Source: Lingula anatina
Taxonomy: Eukaryota; Animalia; Brachiopoda
Direction: 5' to 3'
DNA: 64,000 bases
NCBI GenBank assembly: GCA_051362555.1
Contig: CM120643.1
Coordinates: 11,692,644 to 11,756,643 of the forward strand
Shown here piece by piece: positions 53,788-64,000 of the stretch. Below the pieces are notes generated by a model. It saw only the letters and a list, made by a program, of their open reading frames with translations, did no database searches and was not told the DNA's origin. Position 1 is the stretch's first letter; the number at the start of each line of letters is the position of its first letter. The translations under genes and the position numbers were made by a program.

Positions 53788-56700
53788 GCACTTTTACCGA
53801 TAACACGATAAGTGGAAAACTGTTTTTTCTTTTGGCTTGAAACTTACAGAACTAATGAATATTCATAATACGCAGGTCAAGTTCGAAAATCAGCATGATC
53901 AGGTCACTTATAGGGAATTTATGCTGTTTTTTCACTTTTTTCAGCATAAATGAAGCACCGATAACACGATAAGTGGAAAACTGTTTTACTTTTTGGCTTG
54001 AAACTTACAGAACTGATGAATATTCATAATACGCAGGTCAAGTTCGAAAATCAGCGTGATTGGGTCATTTTTAATGAATTTAGGCTATTTTTTCTCTTTT
54101 TTCAGCATAAATGCAGCACCGATAACATGATAAGTGGAAAACCATTTTACTTTTTGGCTTGAAACTTACAGAACTGATAAATATTCATAATACGCAGGTC
54201 AAGTTCGAAAATGGGCATGATTGGGTCATTTTTTAGTGAATTTAGGCTATTTTTTCTCTTTTTTCAGCATATATATACAGCACCGATAACACGATAACTG
54301 GAAAACCGTTTTGGCTTTTGGCTTGAAACTTAAAGAACTGATAAATATTTATAATACGCAGGTCAAGTTCGAAAATCAGCATGATCGGGTGACTTGTAGG
54401 GAAGTTATGCTGTTTTTTTTTTACTTTTTTCAGCATATATGGAGCACCGATAACATGATAAGTGGAAAACAGCTTTACTTTTTGGCTTCAAACTTACAAA
54501 ACTGATGAAGATTCATAATCCGCAGATCAAGTTCAAAAATCAGCATGATCAAGCCATTTTTAGGGGAGTTATGCTATTTTTTCACTTTTTTCAACATATA
54601 TGCAACACTGATAACACTATATAAGTAAAACAGATAGGCCAATTGTCATTATACTTACAGGAGTGGTCAATCTTACTAAAATGCAGGTTGAGTTGGAAAA
54701 TCAGCATAATCTGGCCATTATTTTAGAAGTTATGCTGTTTTTTCACATTTCCTCAGATTCAATTCTTAAGCATGTTAACAGTCTCATTATTTAACTAATA
54801 AGATACGTCAAAGTGTTTGTTTGATATTTCCTGCATCTTTACAACATTGTTAGTTGATTATGTAAAAATCATGGTAAACTTGATATCGTGTATTGTGTAA
54901 TAAAGTGTCAAAAATGGACATAAACTCATATCATATCATATTGCAGTTTGTTAGATTCAATCATCAACTATGTTCAGAATCTCAGAATGGAGGAAATTGG
55001 ACATTTAACACTGTTCTATTGATATTTTTCCCATCTCATCAATTTTCTTAGTTGGTCATATAAAAATGGAAGTATACTGTTTATTTTGTTTTGTTTAAAA
55101 AGTGTTAAAATGGAAATAAACCCATTTCAGAACAGTGCTGTCTTTTTTACAGTTTGGCATTTTTAAGATGTGACTTAAAAGTTCCATGAGCCTGCAGATC
55201 TTTGCTAGTCACATTTTCTGAATATCCATGATACTAATATTTTATGATTAAAAATTGATGGTCATTATGCTGTAAAACATTATGTAATATTGCATCAAAA
55301 TTTGAAGAAACCCCTATTTGGGGCACTGCTCCCATGATGACCATTTAAGGAAAGTCATGTCACTTACTGTTCTCAAACTTACAGGAAAGAAACATGGGAC
55401 TAAAATACAGCTTCAGTAGGCAATGCAGTCTGTTTGGTAAATTTTTCTGGTAGTTAAGCAGTTTTTTTGTGAAAATTTAATTTTTCACATATTGGCATTT
55501 TCAATGTATTACTTTGAAGTTCCATGATCCTGAAGACCTTTGCTTGTCACATTTTCTGAATATGCGTTATACTAATATTTTATAATTAAAAATTGATGGT
55601 CATTATGCTGTTAAACATTATGTAATGTTGCATCAAAATTTGAAGAAACCCCTGTTTTGGGCACTGCTCCCATGATGACCATTTAAGGAAAATCGTGTCA
55701 ATTACTGTTCTCAAACTTACAGGAAAGAAACATGGGTCTAAAATACAGCTTCAGTAGGCAATGCAGTCTGTTTGGTAAATTTTTCTGGCAATTAAACAGT
55801 TTTTTGTGAAAATGTAATTTTTCACATATTGGCATTTCCAAGGTGTGACTTAGAACCTCCACGGGCTTGAAGACCCATGCTTGTCACATTTTCTGAAAAT
55901 TCATGACACTTATATTTTATTATTAAAAATCGATGGTCATTATGCCGTTAAGCATTATGTAATGTTGCATCAAAATAGAAGAAAACACAATTTTGGGTGC
56001 TGCTGCCTTGATGACCATTATGGGAAAACTGTGTTACTTATGACTGTCAAACTTTCAAAAAAGAAACACAGGACTAAAATGCAGCCTGAGTTGGAAAAGC
56101 AGTCTAATTGGCTTCTTTTTCTGGAAGCTATACATTTTAGTGTAATATTCATTATCTTTTTGGCATATTCATTGTGGGACTCAGAGCTCCCATGAACATG
56201 AAGCCGAATGGTAATCATATTTTCTACATGTCCATCCTATTTATAGTCAATAAACAAAAATTGGTGATAATTATTCTCTAATTTATTATGTAATGTTACA
56301 TCAAAATTGACAACAATCTTTTTGCACTGCTACTGCAAACATTATGAAAAGAAAACTGTGCTACTTATTATCATTTTTAACTTACAAGTACGATTTTTAG
56401 GATTGGCCTTCAGCTCATATAAGAAAACCAGCTCTATTGGATTATCATTTTTATTGAATTTATGCATTTTTTGTGAAATTTTCATTTTTCTCATTCTGGC
56501 ACTTTCTAAGTATAAACTTGAACTCCGATGGGCCTGAAGCCTTATGCTTTTAATTTCGTCTGTGTTACCTGTTGTGCATAAGTTGATGTTGACTGTGCAG
56601 TTAAACATAATGTATTATTGCATCAGGATTGGTAGTCTCCTATTTTGGGCATTATGGTTTTGTGCTTTTCTTAAAGTGTGACTTATGGGTCTAAAGACCT

Positions 56701-59700
56701 TTGAGTGGGTCAGTCTGTAAATTACCCTTGGGTATCACTAGATTAATTTCAGAGTTATAAAGTCATTTGCCTTAATAGGCCATTAAATGAGATTACATAA
56801 AGCACACTTGTTGATATTTCCCTGTAAACTCCCAAAGGTAAAGCTCTCTGCTAGATTAATAATAAGGAAGCAGTGATAATTATGCAGGTAAATTTTGTTT
56901 AATATTGCAAATAAGTTTTAAATAATATATATATATCAAACTGGAAGATTAAAAGTTTGAATAGCATCTTCATTGGAATTATATTTACCTCAAGCTCTGC
57001 CAAGGAGGTCATATTTTCACCCCCGTTTGTCTGTCATCCACATAACACAAAAAGTTATGGACTGATTTTGCAGAAATTTTCAGGAACTGTCGGAAGTGGG
57101 CCAAAGAGGACAATGATTAATTTTTGGTGGTGGTCTGGAACAATAATCAATCAATTATCAATAATAATCAACAATTGCTGCCTTGGCAGAGGTCTGCACT
57201 CTCAAAGTGCTTTTCTAGCTTTGTTATGTTTTCCTTTATAATTTTTTCTCAAACACTTGCATTTGTGACTTTTAACTCTCATCTGCCTGGGGCTCTGCAC
57301 ATTTTCTGTATTTCCACATAAGCAGTTGTATTGTTTTTTATGTCTTTAAACATTATGTAATATTATTTTATGCACTGTCATCATTTTTCAAATATTGAGA
57401 GTTTCATAATGTGAATTTGAACTCTCATGGTCCTGAAACTGTAATTTTATTGAAGGGGTGGACCATCTTCTGGGTCTTCCTGAAGACAGTCAGGTTATTA
57501 AGTTTATATTGACTGGTATCTATTTTTTTCTGTTGGAAGACCATCAAAATGGAGGATGGATCAACATAGATACTTTGTAATACTGTCAGAAAATATCTCT
57601 GGGTCCGCTCCTGTTATTGACCATGTTACCTGTTGTGCAAGATTAAAATTCAGTGTTGACTAACAGTGCTATTATAAGCATTATTTATTATTGCATCAAA
57701 ATTGACAAAATGACCTTTTTTGCATCTTTATTTTCTGTTTTTTGTCTGTACATTTGACAGCTTTGCTGCCTTGTTTCACTTTTTTTCAGCATGTATTCAA
57801 TACCGATAACGCATTTCAAGGAAAATCAATTGGCCAATTGTCTTGAAATTTACAGGGGTGATCAGTCTTACTGAAGTACAGATGGAGTTCGAAAATAAGC
57901 TCGATCGGTTCAGTTTTGGTGAAGTTATGCCTTTTTTGTATATAAGTGTTTTTTTCCTTTGATTTAATTCTTAGGCATGTTAACAATCTCATCTGTGAAC
58001 TAATTAAATATGTAAAGGTATTCTTTTGACATTTTCTGCATCTTAACAATATTGTTAGTTGATTGTATAAAAAAAGATGGTAAACCTGTTATTGTGTATT
58101 GTGTACTAAAGTGTCAAAAAATGGAAATAATGATAAACTCATATCTTTACAGTTTGTCAGATTCAATCATTCACCATGTTCAGAATCTCAGAATGGAGAA
58201 AACTGGACATTAAAAATTTTTCTATTGATATTTTTCCTATGTCAACAATTTTCTTAGTTGTTCATTTAAAAATGACAGTAAATTGATTATTTTGTTATAT
58301 GAAAAAAAGGTGTTGAAAATGGAAAGAAAATCAATTCAATACAGTTATCTCTTGTTTACATTTTGGCATTTTGAAAGTGTGACTCTGAACTTCCATGGCC
58401 TTGAAGCCCTTTCCATGTCACATTTTCTGTATGTCCATGATACTTTTATTTTATTATTAAAAATTGATGTTCATTATGTTATATTGCATAAAAGTTGAAG
58501 AAAACCCTATTTTGGAAATGGCTGCCAGAACTGACGTGCAGTTTGTGTTGGAAAATCAGTGTGATTGTTTTCTGTTTTGGAAGCAATGCAGCTCTATAGA
58601 GTGCTCTATGGGGCTACTGTTTATGGATGGTGGTAATTGTCCCTTGGGGTAGTCACAAGCTAAATTCAGAGCTATAAAATCATTTGCCTAATTAATTTCG
58701 AAGTGCCCATTAAATAAAATTACATAAAACACACGTTGAGACTTCCCAGTAAAGTCCCATAGGTTAAGCTCTCTTAACTGTGTCTCATAATTAGGAATCT
58801 GAGATAATTATGCAGGTAATTGTTGTTTAATATTGCAAATAAGTTAACAAAAGAAAAAAAAATAGATGAATAACAGTGCCTTATCCTCAAACACATTGGG
58901 GTTATTCATATCATGTTATTGCAGCAAGATTAAAAGTTTGAATAGCAGCTTTAATGGGATATTTTTGTTGTGTTTTCTTTTTAATTTATTTTTCAAACAC
59001 TGTCATTTTCAGCTCCCATCCACCTGAAGCTCTTCACATTTTCTGTATTTCCACATAAGCAGTTGCATTGGTTTTTATGTCTTTAAACATTATGTTATAT
59101 TATTTTATGCACTGTCATCATTATTCAAATATTGGGATTTTCATTATGTGAATTTGAACCCTCATGGTCCTGAAACTGTAATATTATTGCAGGGGCGGAT
59201 TGAGGCCGTCTTCTGGGTCTTTCAGATTTTAAAGTTCACATTGATGGGTATCTGTTTTTTCTGAAGACCATCAAAAATGAAGGATGGATCAACAAAGATA
59301 ATTTGGAATACTGTCAGAAAATATCTCTGGATCCGCTCCTGTTATTGACGATGTCACCTGTTGTGCATGATTAAAATGCAGTGTTGATTGACAGTGCTAT
59401 TATAGGCATGATTTATTGCATCAAAATTGACAAAATGAACCATTTTCTGCATTTTTATTTTTTGTTTTTGTCTGTACATTTGACAGCTTTGCTGCCTTGT
59501 TTTAAAATAATTTCCTTTAATTTAGATGTGTAAATAGTTTTATTATCATTAACACTGATATGATAAGGGATGTTAATACCCTACCTTGGCACACCTGTCA
59601 CACTGCTGTGTCTCTCCCTCTAGTTCCATAGGTGGTGGCACAGCAGATGGCGCATCACGCAACTGTGTCATTTCTGTGACTCTGTCCTCATCATCCATGG

Positions 59701-61105
59701 TTAAATCTGGCTTCAGTGCTTGTAATATGATGACTTAGTTTTTCAGCTTGAAGACCAGTAGTTGTCTGCCTCTTGTATATAAAGCTCCGGCAGAATAGTT
59801 TCAAAATTTTTGCTCGATCCTCTTTGAACTTTTACAGAATGCTCATGAAGTTTTTTTTTTTCTTCAAAATGTCAAGGAACTCTCCTTGCTCCATAAAATG
59901 CCGACATACTGTGATGAATTATGTAATAGTCTCGTCACTCTGTGTCTACTTACTCATGGGGTGCGTCTTTCTGAAGTCAAATTGCCCTTGCTGCAGTCAA
60001 ATTCACACAAAATCGCAAGGAATTCAAAGATTTTTTCAGTGTTGCAGCCTGCCAGTCCTGTGTGTGATATTTTTTCCCTTGTAAATTATGGCAGGTGTAA
60101 TACCTAGCTATCAGACCAGAGTGGCACCATGTATTGACTTTTATTGTTGTTTTTGCAAGGAGCTCAATACCAAGACCTGCTCACAGTCAAGTGGGCATAG
60201 TAAGAATATCAATAAATCTGTGAGATGTAAATGAGTATCAAATGAATAATTGATGGAAACATTGAACTTGTGCAATATTGTGAAGATAAGAATTGTAATG
60301 GTGTTTTTTCGTGATTCTTTTCTGGACTATACAGTCGAAGGTAGTTTTCCATTATCATTTTTAGCACAGAAATTGATTTTATGGAAAATGGTTAGAGTGT
60401 TGAAGTAATTTTCACATTCACGGTTCTTTTTTTTTCTTTGCAGTTAATGAACAAATGCAGAAAATTATTTGTGGTTTTCTGTTAGATTCCTCTTACATTA
60501 TGTAACATGGTATAATTTGGTGGTTTTTGTAAACCTTGTTATTTTTGTCGTAGACATCACACCCTACCGTGTGTCTACAGTGAAACCGTGGGTAAAATTA
60601 AAAAGGACTGAGAAATATTGATTTGTTCTAGAATCAATTATACCATCATTATCTTCCACAAGTGCCTACTTCCTGCCCTGTGTCAACACTGATTTAAATA
60701 GAAGCAGACAGGCATATTCACAAAAAAGGGGGGAGCTTTTTATTACTTAAAACAAGCTATGTAGTTTTCTAAGATAGTAATTGGTAATGGTTTTTGTCTT
60801 TTTGTGCATGATAATGAAGTCAAATCCTCTGTTGTCTCTGCATTCTGTTCCATGCACCAATGACATGCTGTGACCATTGTGCTAGATGAGATTGATGGAA
60901 ATGTGCTCCACTGTAAATAAATAGTCTCCTGTCTTAGGCATAAGTCTCACATTCCCTTATTTCTTACCTTAATATAAATCAACTAAATGTCATTGTACCA
61001 ACTGTTTTGTAGTGATAGGGTATGTTGATGATAATTTTTCTGACTTATAGCTGTTTTGTTGGAGAAAATCTAGTTATGTCTGAAGATTCTGTGGTGTGCA
61101 TAGGC

Positions 61106-61180
<75 letters not shown>

Positions 61181-61477
61181 CTTGAATTATATTCTGTTGT
61201 ACATGTATTTATTCTCTAGGCTGTCACTGGGATTACAAAAATTTTTGGAAGTCCAGTAGTAGAGTAAAGGAATTTAGTTTCTTAACTGGATGTCTTTTAT
61301 CTCTAGAAACTGATACAATATTATCTTTTTTATTCTAGATTCTGGACAAGGTTCACATGCAGTTCCAAACTTTCATGGATGACCCACTTTATCGCGACCA
61401 ACATTCCCTGTATGTTTCACTCATCAACACATTTGCGCGTGTTGGGCCAAATGCAGAACCCAAATTTAGGGACGAAT
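24627..61477 (+). CDS. RELCH: RAB11-binding protein RELCH / KIAA1468 (LisH, coiled coil, HEAT repeats), 3' incomplete
   Basis: Recognised motifs: ALELHTELTESGREL.RLRDYFSNPGNFE, LDLARYSDDG, LisH-like EKRALNFLVNEYLLLHDYKLTSVTFSEEN, LARCLPHIVPNVLLAKREELIPLIL, LFNLIKRPD, ELLPQCWEQ, SRVVPALVTLASDPE. Exons: 24627-24903, 28215-28304, 28883-28954, 29952-30121, 31886-32074, 32326-32414, 32580-32960, 33423-33501, 33792-33890, 34204-34316, 34731-34821, 36087-36158, 36440-36580, 37133-37297, 46097-46268, 46836-46992, 47224-47347, 47649-47783, 48422-48528, 49006-49105, 49326-49408, 49937-50000, 61339-61477. Confidence 0.9.
35101..35983. mobile_element. Palindromic (foldback) non-autonomous element in RELCH intron 11
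   Basis: Arms of ~390 bp starting ATGGGCGGCGGTTTATACAAAAATGC, near-perfectly inverted. Each arm carries 18/21-bp AAAACGCAACT(A/T)GTCATC subrepeats; the spacer is AT-rich. Confidence 0.88.
38395..40248 (-). CDS. TRIM2/3-like RING, B-box, coiled-coil, NHL-repeat protein (617 aa), nested antisense in RELCH intron 14
   Basis: RING CSIC...PCFHTFCHGC...CPIC; B-box CEKH...YCEDDDTVVCSEC...H..H; NHL repeats (GQLRSPQGVCTDSYGHLFIADFLNHRV). Likely ATG at 40248 after a splice acceptor at 40322-40323. Confidence 0.9.
   Translation of the reverse strand: MAEALVAAFTDNLLTCSICLGEFEDPRVLPCFHTFCHGCICDHARRTRTPNRTFLCPICREEIQFPAGGLAQLKKNFVFSKAKDIITQQRDTQTLEEELVNVAEVAQAIAQMTISCEKHPNSELKYYCEDDDTVVCSECASTDHYRHGIMPVTKIAKSNREKILAALVKTMKMTNMFEEAIAMEKANETEDSHIRTETIKGIKRQAQSMRKSIDQREETLISEVNSAYDIRKKQKEANKDILEFHHASMHSACDFAQKLITNGTDSDVMVHAKSLLKRLAVMEKTPVPSLNTPAQKSYSPGEISDAGLEAMLGRVTVQSQPLLDGQGTYPKTAPHPVFLEKAECVRYFSPMLKDDRAMYISGLAIDEEQVFVVDYGDDRTKMFTNAGEFKYDIKLNRPFDVAVSQTGHLYITSLGDKCVKVYSTRGKKVTTMGQGQLEEPWCITLNRQGHVIVCDRGKQSIFTFDVDSRQLLSTIPLSSCRYPMYITVNSVNNNIVISDWGSDCVHVLSPTGDQLYQYGTRGCGDGQLRSPQGVCTDSYGHLFIADFLNHRVVALNPQGQFIRYIATENDGLESPTALAISPLGQLVVAENKGQIKTFQYLQLLLSTLNTDVNISQC
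40798..41025. repeat. Three tandem copies of a ~75-bp unit
   Basis: GTTGCACAAATAGAACTTTG...TTTCTATTTTGCTGTCTGGCAAAGTACAT.AGGGAAAACACTCAA repeated three times. Confidence 0.9.
41554..44110. mobile_element. Decayed Pangu/Harbinger-like (PHIS) DNA transposon
   Basis: ~45-bp imperfect TIRs AGAGA(G/C)CTTTCGCACCTG.A.GTTTAGGCGA.CGACT, flanked by ATT and AAT. Plus-strand DDE_Tnp_4-like relic GDPAYPVKSYLLSPFRG...FNRRMSSVRECVEWEFG..*NFAFLDF (~42673-42840). Convergent minus-strand coiled-coil relic at ~43148-43346. Confidence 0.82.
41716..42598. mobile_element. Harbinger-type non-autonomous element nested in the Pangu-like element
   Basis: TIRs AGCCTC(G/A)GTCACAACC(G/A)G; flanks TAA and TAT (imperfect TWA-type TSD); GC-rich interior. 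Confidence 0.72.
44376..46010 (+). mobile_element. Helentron-associated element, degenerate copy
   Basis: Same head palindrome (CAGACAC-AGAT-GTGTCTG), GTC repeat, ~160-bp units and longer tail units as 52996-56640. Contains (ATT)n at 44748-44817. Confidence 0.7.
47800..48043. mobile_element. Harbinger-like MITE
   Basis: AGGGCTCATTCCCA.TGAAAC ... GTTTCG.TGGGAATGAACCCT inverted ends. Related copies at ~51004-51216, 31634-31800 and 29450-29650. Confidence 0.65.
49383..49545 (+). repeat. 68-bp tandem repeat (2.4 copies) overlapping the RELCH exon 21 donor
   Basis: GTCACA.TGGCTA recurs at 49383, 49451 and 49519. Confidence 0.9.
50459..59698 (-). CDS. Putative nested two-exon gene, ~208-aa single-pass membrane glycoprotein of unknown family
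   Basis: Exon 1 at 59698-59585 (AACCATGG Kozak, in-frame upstream stop, MDDEDRVTEM...CDRCAK|GTAGGG) joins in phase 0 to exon 2 at 50971-50459 (TCTTTGCAG|VFGILTLLSILLVATGTLGMPLWV...). One hydrophobic segment is followed by DSHVNRT-type repeats. Confidence 0.62.
52996..56640 (+). mobile_element. Helentron-associated (HINE/pearl-like) element with internal satellite arrays
   Basis: T-run, head palindrome ATGTACAGACAC-AGAT-GTGTCTGTACAT (53002-53029, repeated at ~53694), (CGT/CGC)n tract, about ten ~161-bp units (53075-54740) and then ~360-bp units (55150-56600). Confidence 0.75.
56720..59502. repeat. Local segmental duplications
   Basis: ~56720-57775 aligns with ~58630-59502, and ~54760-55310 aligns with ~57960-58520. 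Confidence 0.75.
56984..57219 (+). mobile_element. Short HINE-like element, same family as 6396-6670
   Basis: CTCTGCCAAGGAGG ... CCTTGGCAGAGGTCTGCACTCTC...GTGCTTTTCTAG. Absent from the paralogous segment near 58960. Confidence 0.7.
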
Positions 61478-61541
61478 GTAAGTATGTCACTCCTGTGTCT
61501 CCCTCTGGCCATATGTGAATGTACCGGATTACAGTTTTATT

Positions 61542-61572
<31 letters not shown>

Positions 61573-62259
61573 TTATCATGTTTATCAGTTCACTAGATAA
61601 ACATCCCTTCTTTTGCAGGGCACATATACAATTTATTAATACTATTATAGTAATCTGTCATTTCAGGAATTATATTTAAAAGCTTAAAAGCAGGCATTAT
61701 CTGATTCTGACAGATATCAACCTTTGTGACTAATAACAGACATGACTTGATTGCCCAGTGTAGTTTATTTAATGGCTCTATACCTCATTCTAGTGGGCCA
61801 GGCCTAATGGTTGCGACATTTTGCTTTAAATGAAGATAATTGTTCTGTGAACCTATTGTCTGTCATCATTAGCATGATGGCGATTGAAATGAAATTCAAA
61901 TTGCTGTTCTTTCTATTTTGTGTCATTAGTGTATCCTCTTATGTAATGGATTTCTTCTTGCTGTTTTCCATAAATACCATACGTGTATTGGCTCATGTTA
62001 AGTTATTTATGCAGTCTGCACTTTTGGCTGTGGAAATTAGAAAAATGTTGGATGTGACTTGAATATTACTGTAATGAGTGGTAGTGTGTAAATGTACGTG
62101 TTTCCACAATGGATCTCTCTCTCTCTCTTTCTCTCTCTCAATACAATACAATACAATACAATGAATTTTATTTCATGTCGGGTATAAATTGAAAGGAAAC
62201 ATTAGCTTTACAGCTATTTGCCGACTGGGTAAGGACAAAAACATATCTACAATAATTCA

Positions 62260-62261
<2 letters not shown>

Positions 62262-62310
<49 letters not shown>
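62262..62310. repeat. (CT)n microsatellite
   Basis: Direct reading; an adjacent (CAATA)n tract lies at ~62138-62162. Confidence 0.95.
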
Positions 62311-62311
<1 letters not shown>

Positions 62312-64000
62312 AGTGAACACAGCAAAGTGAATTTTTTTATTTGAAATATTAAATTCAAATAAGCACATTTGTATTTTTCAGTGTATTAAACAAAAAAAGT
62401 TAATAGGATTTCAGTTTTAACCCTTCCAAGGGTGCTTTCCAGTTAGGATAAAAGTCAGTGCTTATTGTACACATATTACATATACTAATTTAAAAAATAT
62501 TTTTGAATATAACAATTCATGTTGTCAAAAAAAAAACAAAGGAGAGATATATTTTGTTTAATTTAATAAGCATATAAGATATGTCATCATCATCATTTAA
62601 AATATAGATTTTCGAGAAAATTTGGTGGGATTTTCGTGCAATTCCTTCTACAAACAGTTTGGGGTAAATTTCAGTATTCTGCTCTTCTCCTGCTTGATGT
62701 ATGGAAGCAGTTAGCTGAAATGAGCATGCTTGTGTAATTGACTTCTTAATGATAATGGATCCCAGGGGCCTCAAACTGCTGTTAACAGCCTGCTCCAGCA
62801 TTCAGGCCAGAATGGCAAACTGTCACATGTATCTGAAATGATTAAGATTGCTATTTATTGGTATTTAGATTGTAACTATTTGGCAACTGGGCTGCTACTC
62901 ATTAGCTTTAAACTAGGCTTTACCTTATGTATGATATAAATTTGACCCATTATTCATAATGTACATTATCGTTTATTCCACATGTATAATAAGAAAACAA
63001 CCAACAGCTATGTTTTATAGATTCAAAAAGAGTGACAAGATTTGATCTAGATACATTGGCTTTAACAAAAAGAGCTAGCAAAAATGTGAGAAAAAAAATT
63101 ATAACACAATTTCATAATAATGTTATATATGCTAGTTATGATCAGGCCACATTGATTAAATTTAATGGATGACATCCTCTGGAGACTGAAACTGTGCTGA
63201 CAACTACGCAGCAGCCATCCACTTTTGGCAGCAAAATGCATGTGCAGTAGGTTTAATTTACTACAAATTCAGCAGTTTTTGCAGGAGAAGATAAAAGACC
63301 CAGGCTTTCACAGCATTTTGAATTAGCACAGACCATGACAGCAGTCAGTTCTGAAGTTCCCTGGAGGTGGTTTTTTTTTTTTTTTTTTTTTTTTGAGAAC
63401 AGGCAAAAATGAATGCTTGTGGATGTCATCCATAGAATTAAATCAATGTGGCCTTAGGTGAATTTAGTTTAATAGATAGCTAAAATGTATATTATACACA
63501 CTAATATCTAAGAAAACAGTTGCACCGTATATTGAAACATCTATGCCTTGGGTACTATCATAATGGCAGTCTCTGAGGTAAAAAGAGTGATCATATCTCT
63601 ACAAAGCAAAAATGGTACATGTATAATTTGTTTCAGACATTTTTCTTGGAATTAAGACCAAAGATGCCATTTGAAAAATGAAATATAATCCTTTGGGTCG
63701 ATCAAGTTTATAAGATTGACTGAATATAGGCCATCCAGTTTGCCTGGTTCAGAAATATTTCTGATAATTGTTATTTTGCTGCGAGTTGTTTCAGTTTGTA
63801 GATTCTTTAGAAAAGAAATTGTCGGAAGAAAATTACAAAATCTTTCAGATAACCCGGTAAGGAACTACGCTGCTGTTTCTAGAATTTTGACTTCTGTGTC
63901 AGTGGAAACGCCAGAAATGGCACTGCTGTCTTTACTTGCTGAATTAATCAATGGCTTCCTCTGATGGCAGCCAACTTCCATGCTACCCCGGCGTCGTCCG

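Noticed and set aside
53075-54740. Regular ~161-bp array as a CRISPR or coding repeat
   Set aside because: Whole units repeat with no spacers and contain frequent stops; it is a satellite within a transposon.
63716-64000. 82-aa ORF and GC-richer end of the window
   Set aside because: No motif or convincing splice context; truncated by the window edge.

Overview
AT-rich animal genomic DNA with introns; the repeat types suggest a lophotrochozoan or mollusc, but the taxon cannot be fixed from sequence alone. The left ~15 kb is a small replication-dependent histone cluster without H1: H2B(+), H3(-), H4(+), H2A(-), H2B(+). Each gene has a 16-nt 3' stem-loop and a purine-rich downstream element. 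Two histone genes carry transposon insertions at regulatory positions. (1) An intact APE-RT non-LTR retrotransposon (908 aa, 13-bp TSD) sits on the cap/initiator site of the first H2B, in sense orientation. The CCAAT/octamer/TATA histone promoter therefore reads directly into the RT ORF, and the histone stem-loop lies downstream. (2) A decayed ISL2EU-like DNA transposon (THAP, SAP and YqaJ relics, AT TSD) sits on the H3 stop codon and displaces the H3 stem-loop by 2.6 kb. Next come CDT1 (-) and, head-to-head across a 247-bp E2F-bearing spacer, RELCH/KIAA1468 (+, at least 23 exons, running off the window). RELCH introns hold two antisense nested genes (a TRIM-NHL gene and an unrecognised two-exon single-pass membrane glycoprotein), an ~880-bp palindromic element, a Harbinger-type MITE inside a Pangu/Harbinger-like transposon, and Helentron-associated elements with ~161-bp satellite arrays. 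All calls come from reading the sequence; no searches were run.
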